DNA of 64,000 nucleotides from an uncultured Sphingobacterium sp. (GCA_964616525.1 CAZTRY010000006.1:2793-66792), one strand, 5' to 3'; counted from the stretch's first letter, positions 26,977 to 38,000 are shown. Made by a program: numbers and translations. The notes: generated from the sequence alone by a model not told the origin.

Positions 26977-28273
26977 AATTGCAGTACTCCTGATCATTGG
27001 ATTAACAGTATTTGGCTGTAATTCTGATAAGAAGGCCGGTTCGGGAGGACAGGTTCAGAAATACACCTGCCCGATGCATCCACAGATAGTAAAGGATGCA
27101 CCTGGTACCTGCCCGATCTGTAAAATGGATCTGGTACCTCAGCATGATGCAAATGGCCATAGTCCGGTTGATACAGGATTGAATTCCCTGGTTAAACCAA
27201 GTAATGAGCTGGTTATATCGGGAATCAAAACAATCAGAGTAGAAAAAGGTCTTAAAAGGTCTGAAATCTTCCTGAAAGGAATCATAAACTATAATACGAA
27301 TAACTGGAGGTCAATATCAGCAAGGGTTAGCGGCCGTATTGAGAAGCTGTTTGTGAAATACAATTATGAGCAGGTGAGTAAGGGTCAGAAAATTATGGAA
27401 ATTTATAGTCCGGATCTGACAAATGCCCAGCAGGAGCTGCTCTTTTTGAAAGAAAATAATGAAACAATCCTTCTCGAATCTGCCAGGAAGAAATTGTTAC
27501 TTCTTGGATTAAGCCAGACACAGATAAATAAGGTTCTGAGTACCGGAAGGATAGAGGATAGAATTGCTGTTTACAGCCCCTATTCGGGCTATGTTGCTGA
27601 TTTGGGTTTAAATATTTCGGCTACTTCAAGTCCTGTAAACCAGGCAGGGGGGACAAGAATAAGCTCGGGAAGCGGAGCTGGGATGAGTTCAATGAATTCT
27701 TCATCTTCAGCACTTCCTGAAATTCCGTCTATTCCAACAGGAGGGGCAATGCAAATCAGGGAAGGACAATATATTAATGCTGGCCAGAAGTTATTTGATC
27801 TGATCAGTACAGATCAGGTTTGGGCTGAGTTCTTTGCCCGCCCTGATCAATTAGGGGAGTTCAGGCAGGGAAAAAGTATAAAGGTTCAGTCTATAGATGT
27901 GGCAGATCAAAGTTCAGAAGTCAAAGTGAGCCTGGTTCAGCCTTATTTTAAGGATGGAACCAATTATTCACTGATCAGGGCCAATATGCAAAACGGTACT
28001 AAAATCTGGAAGGTAGGTCAGTTAATCTCTGTAAGCCGGGAGGCCAGCTTTGAAGGTTATTGGCTGCCTGCTACAGCACTTGTTCAGGTTGGAACTCAGT
28101 ATGTCGTATTTGTTAAGAAGGGAGATGCATTTGTGCCGGTTTTTGTCAAACTGAAGCATCGTTCAGATCAGTGGATCGATATTGGTAATAGCCTTGAACC
28201 GGATGCGGAACTGGCATTAAATGCCTGGTTTCTGATTGATAGTGAAAGTTTTATAAAAGCAAAGCGTTTATAA
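26945..28273 (+). CDS. RND periplasmic adaptor (CusB-like) with N-terminal heavy-metal-binding domain
   Basis: Lipobox FGC, YTCPMHP...CPICKMDL, SGRIEKL, YSPDL..AQQE. True start may be ATG 26954. Confidence 0.85.
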   Translation: MWNMRRLLNVRIAVLLIIGLTVFGCNSDKKAGSGGQVQKYTCPMHPQIVKDAPGTCPICKMDLVPQHDANGHSPVDTGLNSLVKPSNELVISGIKTIRVEKGLKRSEIFLKGIINYNTNNWRSISARVSGRIEKLFVKYNYEQVSKGQKIMEIYSPDLTNAQQELLFLKENNETILLESARKKLLLLGLSQTQINKVLSTGRIEDRIAVYSPYSGYVADLGLNISATSSPVNQAGGTRISSGSGAGMSSMNSSSSALPEIPSIPTGGAMQIREGQYINAGQKLFDLISTDQVWAEFFARPDQLGEFRQGKSIKVQSIDVADQSSEVKVSLVQPYFKDGTNYSLIRANMQNGTKIWKVGQLISVSREASFEGYWLPATALVQVGTQYVVFVKKGDAFVPVFVKLKHRSDQWIDIGNSLEPDAELALNAWFLIDSESFIKAKRL

Positions 28274-29475
28274 TGAGAACAAAAATAATTTTAGGGCTGA
28301 TCTTTCTTTGCTCAGGATTCATTTTATCTGCCTGTACGGATGGACATGAAAAACATGCGGAGGCAGGAAAATACACCTGTCCGATGCATCCTCAGATAGT
28401 TAATAATGGTCCGGGATCCTGCCCAATCTGTAAAATGGATCTGGTGCCGGTAAATTCTGCAGGTGGAAAAAATGAGTTGTCCCTGAGTGAAAGTCAGATT
28501 CAGCTGGCTAATATTCATACTATGATGATCAACCGTACTGACTTTAGTACTTCAAAAGTATTGAATGGACGTTTGATCGTAAACCCGGAGCAGACCGAAG
28601 TTATATCCAGTCGCTATGCCGGAAGAATTGAGAAGCTGTTTGTGAAAGAAATGGGCCGGTCTGTTAGTAAAGGTCAGCCGATTTTTCAGATCTATAGTGA
28701 GGAACTTCAGACTCTGCAGCAGGATTATTTACTACAATTGAAACAGGTTGCAGCGTTTCCGGAAGAAAAGATCTATCAGTCGATGCGTGAGGCGGCAAAA
28801 AATAAACTTCGTTTGTTTGGTTATACTGATGCTCAGATCAGAACCTTAACCATTGCAGGGAAAACAGCGCCATTGCTCACCGTATATTCTTCAGCATCCG
28901 GAATTGTCACTGAGATTAATGTTTCAGAAGGGCAATATTTAGCTGAAGGAAGTCCGGTTTTAAAGCTTGAAAATTTTTCAGAGCTATGGCTGGAAATGGA
29001 TGTTTATCCGAATGAATTGGGAAGTATCCGTTTGGGAACAAAGGTACAGGCATCTATTAATGGGCTCAGTGAAAATGAGCAGACTCTGACGATCAATTTT
29101 ATTTCCCCACAGATGGATCCATCCTCACAGATTCTGAAAGTAAGGGCTCCGATTAAAAATCCCGGAAATTTGCAGGCAGGAATGCAGGCTACGGTATTTT
29201 TACCTCTTGCCGAGATATCGGATGCTTTGAGTTTGCCATTGGATGCAGTGGTGCGGGATGAAAAGGGGGCGCATGTCTGGATTAAAACTGCAAAAAATAC
29301 CTACTCTCCCAGGATGGTACGTACAGGGGAAGAGGATGCTGAACGGATCATTATCCTTTCAGGTCTTGAAAATGTAAAAGAGGTAGTAGTGAGTGGGGCA
29401 TATTTGTTGTCGAGTGAATTTATTTTGAAAAAGGGTACAGATCCGATGGCGGGACATGATATGAACAAAATGTAG
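28273..29475 (+). CDS. Second RND periplasmic adaptor (CusB-like) with heavy-metal-binding domain
   Basis: Lipobox LSAC, YTCPMHP...CPICKMDL, AGRIEKL, LPLDAVV, SGAYLL, C-terminal MAGHDM. Confidence 0.87.
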   Translation: MRTKIILGLIFLCSGFILSACTDGHEKHAEAGKYTCPMHPQIVNNGPGSCPICKMDLVPVNSAGGKNELSLSESQIQLANIHTMMINRTDFSTSKVLNGRLIVNPEQTEVISSRYAGRIEKLFVKEMGRSVSKGQPIFQIYSEELQTLQQDYLLQLKQVAAFPEEKIYQSMREAAKNKLRLFGYTDAQIRTLTIAGKTAPLLTVYSSASGIVTEINVSEGQYLAEGSPVLKLENFSELWLEMDVYPNELGSIRLGTKVQASINGLSENEQTLTINFISPQMDPSSQILKVRAPIKNPGNLQAGMQATVFLPLAEISDALSLPLDAVVRDEKGAHVWIKTAKNTYSPRMVRTGEEDAERIIILSGLENVKEVVVSGAYLLSSEFILKKGTDPMAGHDMNKM

Positions 29476-29479
29476 AATT

Positions 29480-30052
29480 ATGGAATTATACATCAAAAAC
29501 ATGGTATGCAACAGATGCATAACTGCAGTACAGAATGAACTGTTAAAACTTGATTTGCATCCCATAAATGTACAAATGGGTATTGTGAAGTTGGAGGAGG
29601 AGAAACTTGAAGAAGAAAAACTTCAGATCCTGAATAATCATTTGAATGCCCTGGGATTTGAGTTACTGGATAAGGGTAAGAGCAGGATAATTGAGCAGAT
29701 TAAAAATCTGATTATTGAAAAAATTTTCCACTCAGAGTTAATGGAGCAAAAAGTAAACTGGTCGGGTCTTATTTCTGATAGGTTGTATCATGAATATGGA
29801 TATTTAAGTTCCTTATTTTCTTCAGTAGAAGGTATCACGATTGAACAGTATATTATCCGCCAGAAAATTGAGCGGGTTAAGGAACTTTTGTTTTATGATG
29901 AATTGAATCTCAGTGAAATTGCCAATAAATTAGGGTATAGCAGTATTGCCCATTTATCAGCCCAGTTCAAAAAAGTTACCGGTCAAAGCCCATCCCAATT
30001 CAGAAGTAACAGAGCTTCAGAGGGTCAGAGAAGACCAATCGACAAGGTTTAA
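29480..30052 (+). CDS. AraC-family regulator with N-terminal HMA-like CxxC domain
   Basis: YIKNMVCNRC; C-terminal HTH LSEIANKLGYSSIAHLSAQFKKVTGQSPSQF. Confidence 0.88.
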   Translation: MELYIKNMVCNRCITAVQNELLKLDLHPINVQMGIVKLEEEKLEEEKLQILNNHLNALGFELLDKGKSRIIEQIKNLIIEKIFHSELMEQKVNWSGLISDRLYHEYGYLSSLFSSVEGITIEQYIIRQKIERVKELLFYDELNLSEIANKLGYSSIAHLSAQFKKVTGQSPSQFRSNRASEGQRRPIDKV

Positions 30053-30067
30053 CCCCAAAAAACACAA

Positions 30068-30127
30068 AATTGTATAACTCTTCCCTGTAATTCTGTAAAG
30101 TCTAATTCCCTGTCTGTCATAATTTTG
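30068..30127 (+). promoter_or_regulatory. Candidate AraC-type direct-repeat operator plus -7 box for copA
   Basis: aattgtataa (30068) and aattctgtaa (30089) are 21 bp apart; TAATTTTG at 30120-30127. Confidence 0.62.
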
Positions 30128-30144
30128 TATCGTAAATCAAGATT

Positions 30145-32409
30145 ATGAATAAAGAACCAGAATCTCAGTTAAAAGAGGCTTCCAGCTCAAGTGTAAGAAC
30201 AGTGTTTCCGGTTACAGGTATGACCTGCGCCGGATGTGCCATCAGCGTAGAGTCTATGCTTAAGGCCACACCAGGAGTAATTGATGCAGGAGTGAATTTT
30301 GCAAATAATACTGCATGGGCAGAGTATAATAGTCTTAAAACCAATCCGGCGGCATTACAAAAAAGTATTCAATCAATCGGATATGATATAATTATCGATA
30401 CTGAGAATTCAGTTGAGATTCAGGAAGATTTACAGCTTAAGAACTATCAGGAACTAAAAAACCGTACAGCCTGGGCTTCAATTCTTGCATTACCTGTATT
30501 TGTAATCGGGATGTTTTTCATGGACATGCCCTATGGTACCTGGATATCCATGATATTAAGTGCTCCAGTCTTGTTCTGGTTTGGCCGTAACTTTTTCATT
30601 AATGCCTGGAAGCAGGCAAGGCATGGGATGGCGAATATGGATACTTTGGTTGCACTGAGTACCGGAATAGCCTTCATTTTCAGCGCATTTAATACCATTT
30701 ATCCGGAATACTGGCATACAAGAGGTATACATCCGCATGTTTATTATGAGGCTGCTGCTGTGATTATTGCATTTATTTCCTTCGGAAAATTACTGGAAGA
30801 GAAAGCTAAGTCCAATACGACAACAGCAATTAAAAAATTAATGGGAATGCAGTCTAAAACAGTCCGGATTCTTCTGGATGATAAGGAAGAAGAGGTTCCT
30901 GTTTCACAGGTCATGCCCGGTCAGATCATTGTTTTGAGGCCCGGTGAAAGAGTTGCAGTTGATGGTATTGTGAATTCCGGATCATCCTATGTCGATGAAA
31001 GTATGATAAGTGGTGAGCCCATCGCTGTTTTGAAGGAAAATGGCGACAAGCTATTTGCAGGTACAATTAATCAGAAGGGCAGTCTCCATTTTAAAGCCGA
31101 AAAGGTGGGTGCTGATACTGTGCTTGCACATATTATAAAGATGGTTCAGCTTGCTCAGGGAAGCAAGGCTCCGGTACAAAAGCTAGTGGATAAGATAGCC
31201 GGTATATTCGTGCCGGTGGTAATCAGTATCTCGATTCTTACTTTTTCAGCCTGGATGCTATTGGGTGGTGATCAGGCATTTACACATGCTTTACTCACTT
31301 CAGTAACCGTCCTTGTAATTGCCTGTCCATGTGCCCTTGGTCTGGCAACTCCAACAGCAATTATGGTTGGTGTAGGTAAAGGTGCAGAAAACAATATTCT
31401 GATTAAAGATGCCGAAAGTCTTGAATTGGGATATAAAGTAAACGCAGTTATTCTGGATAAGACTGGCACCATCACTGAGGGCAAGCCTGTGCTAACCGCG
31501 ATGAATTGGGCTTCTGGGATTAATGATAAAGATTATTATTTAAAGGTTCTCTTCAGCCTGGAAATAAATTCTGAGCATCCGCTGGCCGATGCGGTAATTA
31601 AGAAATTAAAAGAAGACGGAATCTCAGGTATTCCACTGGATTCATTTGAAAGTATTACAGCCCGGGGAGTGAAAGGCCTGCATAATGGGACTGGATTTTT
31701 CGCAGGGAATCTTCATTTCCTGGAGGAGCAAAAGATATTTTTAACTACAGATCAGGTAAATTATGTACAGGATAAACAACAGGAGGCTAACACAATAATC
31801 TATTTTGCTGATCAGAAAAGGGTAATTGCAATTATTTCTATTGCAGATAAGGTGAAGGATACTTCAAAAGAAGCTATCCGCCAACTGTATGAAATGGGTA
31901 TTGAAGTTCATATGCTGACGGGGGATAATAAGCAAACAGCTTCTGCTGTTGCGAACGAAGTGGGGATCAAAAGTTACAGGGCTGAGGTAATACCTTCAGA
32001 TAAGGCGGATTTCATAAAGCAGCTTCAGTCTGAGGGAAAGGTTGTTGCTATGGTTGGAGATGGGATCAATGATTCACATGCCCTGGCACAGGCAGATGTG
32101 AGTATTGCGATGGGAAGAGGTTCAGATATCGCCATGGATGTCGCAAAGATTACTCTCATTACCTCGAATCTGCAATCTATTCCTATGGCATTGAAACTTT
32201 CAAAAAGAACCGTACAAACCATTCGTCAAAACCTGTTCTGGGCCTTTATTTATAATGTTATCGGGATTCCACTTGCGGCAGGTGTGTTATACAGTTACAA
32301 TGGTTTTTTACTCGATCCGATGATTGCCGGGGCAGCCATGGCACTCAGTTCGGTTTCTGTAGTCAGTAACAGCCTCAGATTAAAAGCGTTAAAACTCAGG
32401 TCTAAATAA
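30145..32409 (+). CDS. copA: Cu(I)-translocating P1B-1 ATPase
   Basis: GMTCAGC HMA domain, CPC, DKTGT, HP, TGDN, GDGIND, YN and MALSS motifs. Actuator motif reads SGE rather than TGE. Confidence 0.93.
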   Translation: MNKEPESQLKEASSSSVRTVFPVTGMTCAGCAISVESMLKATPGVIDAGVNFANNTAWAEYNSLKTNPAALQKSIQSIGYDIIIDTENSVEIQEDLQLKNYQELKNRTAWASILALPVFVIGMFFMDMPYGTWISMILSAPVLFWFGRNFFINAWKQARHGMANMDTLVALSTGIAFIFSAFNTIYPEYWHTRGIHPHVYYEAAAVIIAFISFGKLLEEKAKSNTTTAIKKLMGMQSKTVRILLDDKEEEVPVSQVMPGQIIVLRPGERVAVDGIVNSGSSYVDESMISGEPIAVLKENGDKLFAGTINQKGSLHFKAEKVGADTVLAHIIKMVQLAQGSKAPVQKLVDKIAGIFVPVVISISILTFSAWMLLGGDQAFTHALLTSVTVLVIACPCALGLATPTAIMVGVGKGAENNILIKDAESLELGYKVNAVILDKTGTITEGKPVLTAMNWASGINDKDYYLKVLFSLEINSEHPLADAVIKKLKEDGISGIPLDSFESITARGVKGLHNGTGFFAGNLHFLEEQKIFLTTDQVNYVQDKQQEANTIIYFADQKRVIAIISIADKVKDTSKEAIRQLYEMGIEVHMLTGDNKQTASAVANEVGIKSYRAEVIPSDKADFIKQLQSEGKVVAMVGDGINDSHALAQADVSIAMGRGSDIAMDVAKITLITSNLQSIPMALKLSKRTVQTIRQNLFWAFIYNVIGIPLAAGVLYSYNGFLLDPMIAGAAMALSSVSVVSNSLRLKALKLRSK

Positions 32410-32435
32410 ATAATCAACATCAAAAAATCAGATTA

Positions 32436-32642
32436 ATGGAAACAATTAAATTTAAAACAAATATCAAGTGTACCGGTTGTCTGGCCCAGGCTGGTCCGGC
32501 ATTGAACGAAACTGTCGGTGAAAATCACTGGAAGGTTGATCTTGATTCAAGCGATAAAACCCTGACGGTTGAGGGGAATCCGGATGAAGATAAAATAGTT
32601 GCTGCGTTGAAAAAGGCAGGATATACAGCCGAAAGGATATAA
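32436..32642 (+). CDS. Small HMA-domain copper chaperone (CopZ-like)
   Basis: 68 aa; FKTNIKCTGC and KKAGY. Confidence 0.85.
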   Translation: METIKFKTNIKCTGCLAQAGPALNETVGENHWKVDLDSSDKTLTVEGNPDEDKIVAALKKAGYTAERI

Positions 32643-32647
32643 AAATC

Positions 32648-32683
32648 AAAAGGGGAGGGTACCAGGGAGTACCCTTCCTTTTT
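32648..32683. terminator. Bidirectional intrinsic terminator
   Basis: aaaaggggagggtac-caggga-gtacccttccttttt between convergent genes. Confidence 0.8.
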
Positions 32684-32699
32684 AATAATAAGAATGAAT

Positions 32700-33461
32700 T
32701 TATTGGGAAATTGTGATCGTTCCCAGATCTTTTACAGATCCTGAAACTACAGCAACATTATCAATAGTTTTATTGATATACGGACTTACCGGTTGAATTT
32801 CTACTTTATAAGTTCCCGCAGCTACTCCTGGGAACCAAAATTTACCGGTCGCATCACTGACAGTCCCAATTGTATCAGTTCCTGCGATCGCATAGATCTT
32901 AGGATTAGAAGCTGAAGGTGTGATGATACCTGTGATGGCTCCGGATACAGCATTTGGAATAGCCCTGATTACAGGTTTTAAGATATATTTACTACTTCCT
33001 GTCTGAACAACAGATTTTGCTGCATCGAAGTCAAGTAACAGAGTATATGCTATTCCTGCCTCCAGGGTTTCCTGAACTTTTAATTTCACACCGGAGGTCT
33101 GCCCGCTTGGTGTGGTTAAAGGGTAAATTACCCCATCAACCTTAACCTGATTCCCGGTAGTGTTTAATACAAGTCTAACTTCCTGTATCTTTCCTGATGG
33201 TATATCCTGGGAAGCAATAAGCGTATCCTTACCCATTCTGAAATTGAGAATATTGAAAGGGCTTGAACCAACGGGCATGGTGCTTGTCCCTTCAGATGTT
33301 AGAACCTGAATTTCTTTGACACTTAAATAAATGGCTTCATAAGCACCCGGACTGTCGGTGATCTTAATATTCATTTTAGTCATGCCCTCTTCGCTATTCT
33401 TCTTACAGGCTGTAAGTCCAATTGCAAGGCCTATAAAGCCTATGATCATTAAATTTTTCAT
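32700..33461 (-). CDS. DUF4382-domain lipoprotein with C-terminal carboxypeptidase-regulatory-like domain
   Basis: Lipobox LTAC; ITDSP, VRLVL, TPSGQTSGVKL, LLDFDAAKSVV, YILKPVIR. Confidence 0.8.
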   Translation of the reverse strand: MKNLMIIGFIGLAIGLTACKKNSEEGMTKMNIKITDSPGAYEAIYLSVKEIQVLTSEGTSTMPVGSSPFNILNFRMGKDTLIASQDIPSGKIQEVRLVLNTTGNQVKVDGVIYPLTTPSGQTSGVKLKVQETLEAGIAYTLLLDFDAAKSVVQTGSSKYILKPVIRAIPNAVSGAITGIITPSASNPKIYAIAGTDTIGTVSDATGKFWFPGVAAGTYKVEIQPVSPYINKTIDNVAVVSGSVKDLGTITISQ

Positions 33462-33957
33462 AATAGTTTTTCTTAGGTGTTTACTAGATGTTTTTAATCA
33501 AATCAATTGCCATGCCGTTTCATTTTATTTACTGCATGATCTGGGTCAGTATTAATCATAACTAAATGAAAATCAATATGAAAGGATTCGTTTAGAGAGG
33601 CTTAATCCGATTACCGGTCATTGTTTTTTTTAATGGTCATTTGTACTAAAAAGGCTGCGAAGTTTGACGGGAAGGGAATTAAGCTTATAGATTCAGTAAC
33701 AATGAATCATGAATTTAAAAGCTATGAGCAGGAAGAAAGGAACACAAACCCGGGTTTTACTTTGAAAAATCAGACGAAGAATTAGAAACTGCTGTAAGCT
33801 TCCCCGAAATTGAATTGGAATCTTTGTTTTCTTTAATGTATACTACAAGTAGATCTATGTGCTTATATGTTGAATTTTAGATATTTGTATTTCGAACCCA
33901 TGTTATTTTAAACACTTTCATATCTTGTAGACATCTCATCTTAAGTGAACTTAAAAT

Positions 33958-34998
33958 ATGAAGGTGTTTTTTTTATTTGTATTTCTCGGCATATCGATTT
34001 CAGGTTATTCATTTCTTCCTGAAATACCAATTCAGGGACAGCAGCCAAATTTATCAATCGATACCAAAGGAGTTATTCGTGTTACCTACGGAAACGGGGA
34101 AAAGATTTATTGTATTACTTCAACTAATAATGGAATAAGTTTTTCCTCAGCAGTTGTTGTAGCTGAATTGCCAGGAATGCATTTGGGCAATACAAGAGGC
34201 CCGCAAATTGCATCTTCAAAGAACTTTTCCTTTATAAGTGCAATGGACAAAATGGGTAATATTCATTCCTACAGATTAAACCATTCAAAAGGGGGATGGA
34301 CCCCTGTTGCAGAAATAAATGATAAAAATGGTTCGGCACCAGAGGGATTAATGGCAATTGCAGCCGATAGGGAGGATAATTTTTACGCAACATGGCTGGA
34401 TATCAGGGAGGGAGGGAAGAATAATATCTATTTCTCTTCGATCAATGGTAAATCTGCTAAATGGAAAGCGAATTCTCTGGTTTATAAATCACCTGAAAAG
34501 CATGTTTGTGAATGCTGTAAGCCAAATATTGTAGTGAATGGCAATAAAGTTGTCATTGGTTTTAGGAACTGGTTGATGGGTTCAAGGGATATCTATTATT
34601 CAGTTTCAAACGACAAGGGTAAATCTTTTTCAGAGGCTGCCAAATCGGGGACCGGTACCTGGCAGTTAAATGCCTGTCCGATGGATGGGGGTGGCTTGTC
34701 CTTTAATTCTGAAGGAAAGGTGTCTGCGGCCTGGAGGCGAAACGGGGAGGTATATTATTGGACAGAAAATCAGAACGAGTTGAAAATTGCTTCGGGCCGT
34801 GATGTAGGCATGGCTCAAAATAAGAATGAGACCTACATTGTATGGCAGGATAAAAAGATTCTGAGTGCTATAAATCTGAATACAAAAAAAATTGTAACAC
34901 TTGGTTCCGGAGTTTCTCCAAAGATTTACATTATGAACAACGGTAAAGTTATTTGTTTTTGGGAAGATGATAAAGTACTGAGATATAAGATAATATAA
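33958..34998 (+). CDS. Exported BNR/Asp-box beta-propeller (sialidase-like fold), function unknown
   Basis: Signal peptide; STNNGISFS and SNDKGKSFS Asp boxes; CECC and CPMDGG motifs. Confidence 0.7.
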   Translation: MKVFFLFVFLGISISGYSFLPEIPIQGQQPNLSIDTKGVIRVTYGNGEKIYCITSTNNGISFSSAVVVAELPGMHLGNTRGPQIASSKNFSFISAMDKMGNIHSYRLNHSKGGWTPVAEINDKNGSAPEGLMAIAADREDNFYATWLDIREGGKNNIYFSSINGKSAKWKANSLVYKSPEKHVCECCKPNIVVNGNKVVIGFRNWLMGSRDIYYSVSNDKGKSFSEAAKSGTGTWQLNACPMDGGGLSFNSEGKVSAAWRRNGEVYYWTENQNELKIASGRDVGMAQNKNETYIVWQDKKILSAINLNTKKIVTLGSGVSPKIYIMNNGKVICFWEDDKVLRYKII

Positions 34999-35005
34999 AT
35001 GAATC

Positions 35006-38000
35006 TCATCGTTTAAGTATCAGATAGCCTTTGTTAAGTGCTGAAACCTTTTGGCCATTTATAGTCCGGTTTGTGGTAATAAGGTAATAATATACTCCAT
35101 CGCTTAAGGGGGTATTGGTATTTGAAAGCAGTCCGGTATTGGCGTAACCGGAAAATACCCGGTCACTTTCATTGTATCCCTGCATCCGGTAAACCTCATT
35201 TCCCCAACGGTTGAAGATCAAAACCAGATTGTCGGGAAATGAAATTATATTATCCACTTTAAAAAATTCGTTACCTAGTCCGTCATTGTTCGGAGACACC
35301 AAAGGGTCAGGAAGGATATCCGGATTCAATGGAGGATCATTTTTTGTGCTAATGGGAATAGTAGGTGCAGGAGGATAGATATCATTAATGATTACCACAG
35401 CACCGCTCCCAATTCTTACCAGTGGGTCGGATGTTGATGTGATAGCTAGTATTACGTCCTCTTCACCTTCCTGTTCATCGTCTGTTAAAGCAGCCAGAGT
35501 AACCTTTTGAGTCGTTGAAATTTTCCCGCGTGGAATTTTGATATCCAGGTATTGATCTAACAGCATATAATCCAGGTCTTTCTTCGCCCGACCCTGATAG
35601 CTAAGCCTGATAGTTACATCATCCCTGAATGGACGCATTAGTCTTGCTGATACTGCTGTTTTTTTACCTTCCGAAACATTACTTACTGATGGAGTAAGAC
35701 TAACGATTGTAAATGGAATAACTTCAATAATCAGGGAAGCTTTAGCACACAATCCGGAAGTGTTGCAAACACTGTATGAGATCACTTCGATTCCCCAGAA
35801 GCCAGCATTTGGTTTATAAGTAAAATTGCCCTCATTATTAAAGCTTATTGTTCCATTTGTTGCAGCTGAACTTAGTAAAAAGCTGATATTCTCACCTTGC
35901 CGGTCATAGTCATTAGGGGCAACACTGCCAGAAACAGAAATTTCTTCATCGGTTTTGAATCGATCATCTATGGCTACCGGGGGGCAACTCCCCTGTTGTA
36001 CTTCAGCCGACACGATGAGGGTGCATCCTTTGGCATCCTTTATTTGAAGCTCATATATTCCCGGTGGAAGATTATCGATAAAATCAGTTTTAATTGGGCT
36101 TCCTTTCCAGGTCAGATCATATGGTTTTGTTCCACCTGAGATTGATGCGGTAATCGTCCCATCGCTTGATGTTTTACAGACCGTATTTTTTACGGTTAGT
36201 GCTGCATTAAGGATTTCCGGTTCTTCTATTGGAATGCTGATTGTCTCAGAACATCCGTTTGAGTCAATCACCGAGAGGGAATAGATAATATTGGGTGCTA
36301 AATTCTGCAGATTTTTTGTGGTTTCATTATTTGACCATTTATAGGTATATGGTGAGGTTCCGCCGGTAACACTAATGTCAATACTGCCATCTCGGTAGCC
36401 AAAACAGCTCACATCGTTCTTAGTATATGAAATCTTAAGAGGTGCCGACGGTTGCCTTATAGCTATGGATTCGCTGAATACACATCCCTTTGAATCTGTA
36501 ATTGTCAGGATATAATTTCCGGCAATAAGGCCACTGATGTCTTTTGTGAGTTGTCCACTTTGCCAGTTATAGGTATAGGGAGCAGTTCCTCCCGCAGCTG
36601 TTATTTTTAGAGAACCATTATTTCCACCAAAACATGAAACATCTGTCCTGATGAAACTTAATCTCAAGGGTGCTTGAGGCTGTGTAATAATATAATCCGG
36701 AGATATAACGGTAATACATTCAGGATTTTCAGCATCTCTTACATATAATTGATAGGTTCCCGCAATCAGGCCACTGAATTTTGTGCCGCTTTGCCAGTTT
36801 ATTCCGCCATTTATACTGTATTCATAGGTGCCAAATCCTCCCGAAATAGTTTCAACCTGTATGGATCCTGTATTTGAACCATAGCAGCCAACATTAACCA
36901 TTGATGCACTGGCTTTTATGGCTGCCGGTGGCTGAATAATTACCGCACTGCCATTTCCTGTATTTGAACAGGAGTTGGCATCACTAACTGAAGTAATTCT
37001 ATAAGTTCTGGTAGTGTCTGAACTCACATTGAAAGTATAATCACTACTACCGATACCAGTGATGGTGTTTGAGTTTTTCCCGTCGGTATAAACTATTGTC
37101 CAGGGAGCTTTACCGGTAAGTTTGACTCTCAGTGTGCTTGATGCACCATAACAGGCGGTTTTTCCTCCACTTAAGGTGGCAGTAGGCATAGGGTTTACCA
37201 AGATTGTGTATTTACTTTCTGGTCCGGTACAGCCATTATTAACAGGAATGATGGTATAGGTTACAAATTCAGGTGTTGATCCGCTGTTCGTTAGAACCTG
37301 AACAGGAATTTTATTAGTTCCACTACTTGCATATCCTGATACTGTGGCCGGGGCACTTGCGGTCCAGGTGAAGGTAGTCCCGGGTAGATTGGAAGTAAGT
37401 TCGACCTCTTTTGAACTGGATTGGGTACATAACATTTGAGTCAAAGGATTGCTGAGCCTTGGAAGTGGCTTCACTGTTATTGTATAACTTGAGGATGGCC
37501 CCGGACATCCGTTTAAAGATGCAGTTACAGTTATTGTGGCCTTAACTTCTGTACTTGTAGTATTAACAGAGGTAAATTCAGGCACATTCCCATTTCCACT
37601 CGCAGCCAGGCCGATAGATGTATTTGAATTAGCCCAGGTATAGGTTACACCTGCAATATTTGATCCAAACGAAGATGAGGAAACCTGTACTCCCGGGCAT
37701 ATTATTAAGTTCGTTGGAAGAATTACATTGGGCTCAGGGTTGATTGTTATTGTAAAGGTATAGGGTAGGCCATTACATCCATTCAGGCTTGGGATTGCAG
37801 TAATTGTTGCACTAATAGGTGCTAAGGAATTATTTATTGCTGTAAATGCGGGTATATTGCCGCTCCCGCTAGCTGCTAGTCCGATTGCCGGATTTGAATT
37901 GGTCCAGTTTATGGTGGCACCTGGTGGAGTACTGTTAAAAATACTTTCCGGCACCACAATTCCTTTACAATAAATTTGATTTTGTGGGACCACCAATACG

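Noticed and set aside
33702-33785. 27-codon ORF MNHEFKSYEQEERN... in the intergenic gap
   Set aside because: Short, with no recognisable motif or supporting signals.
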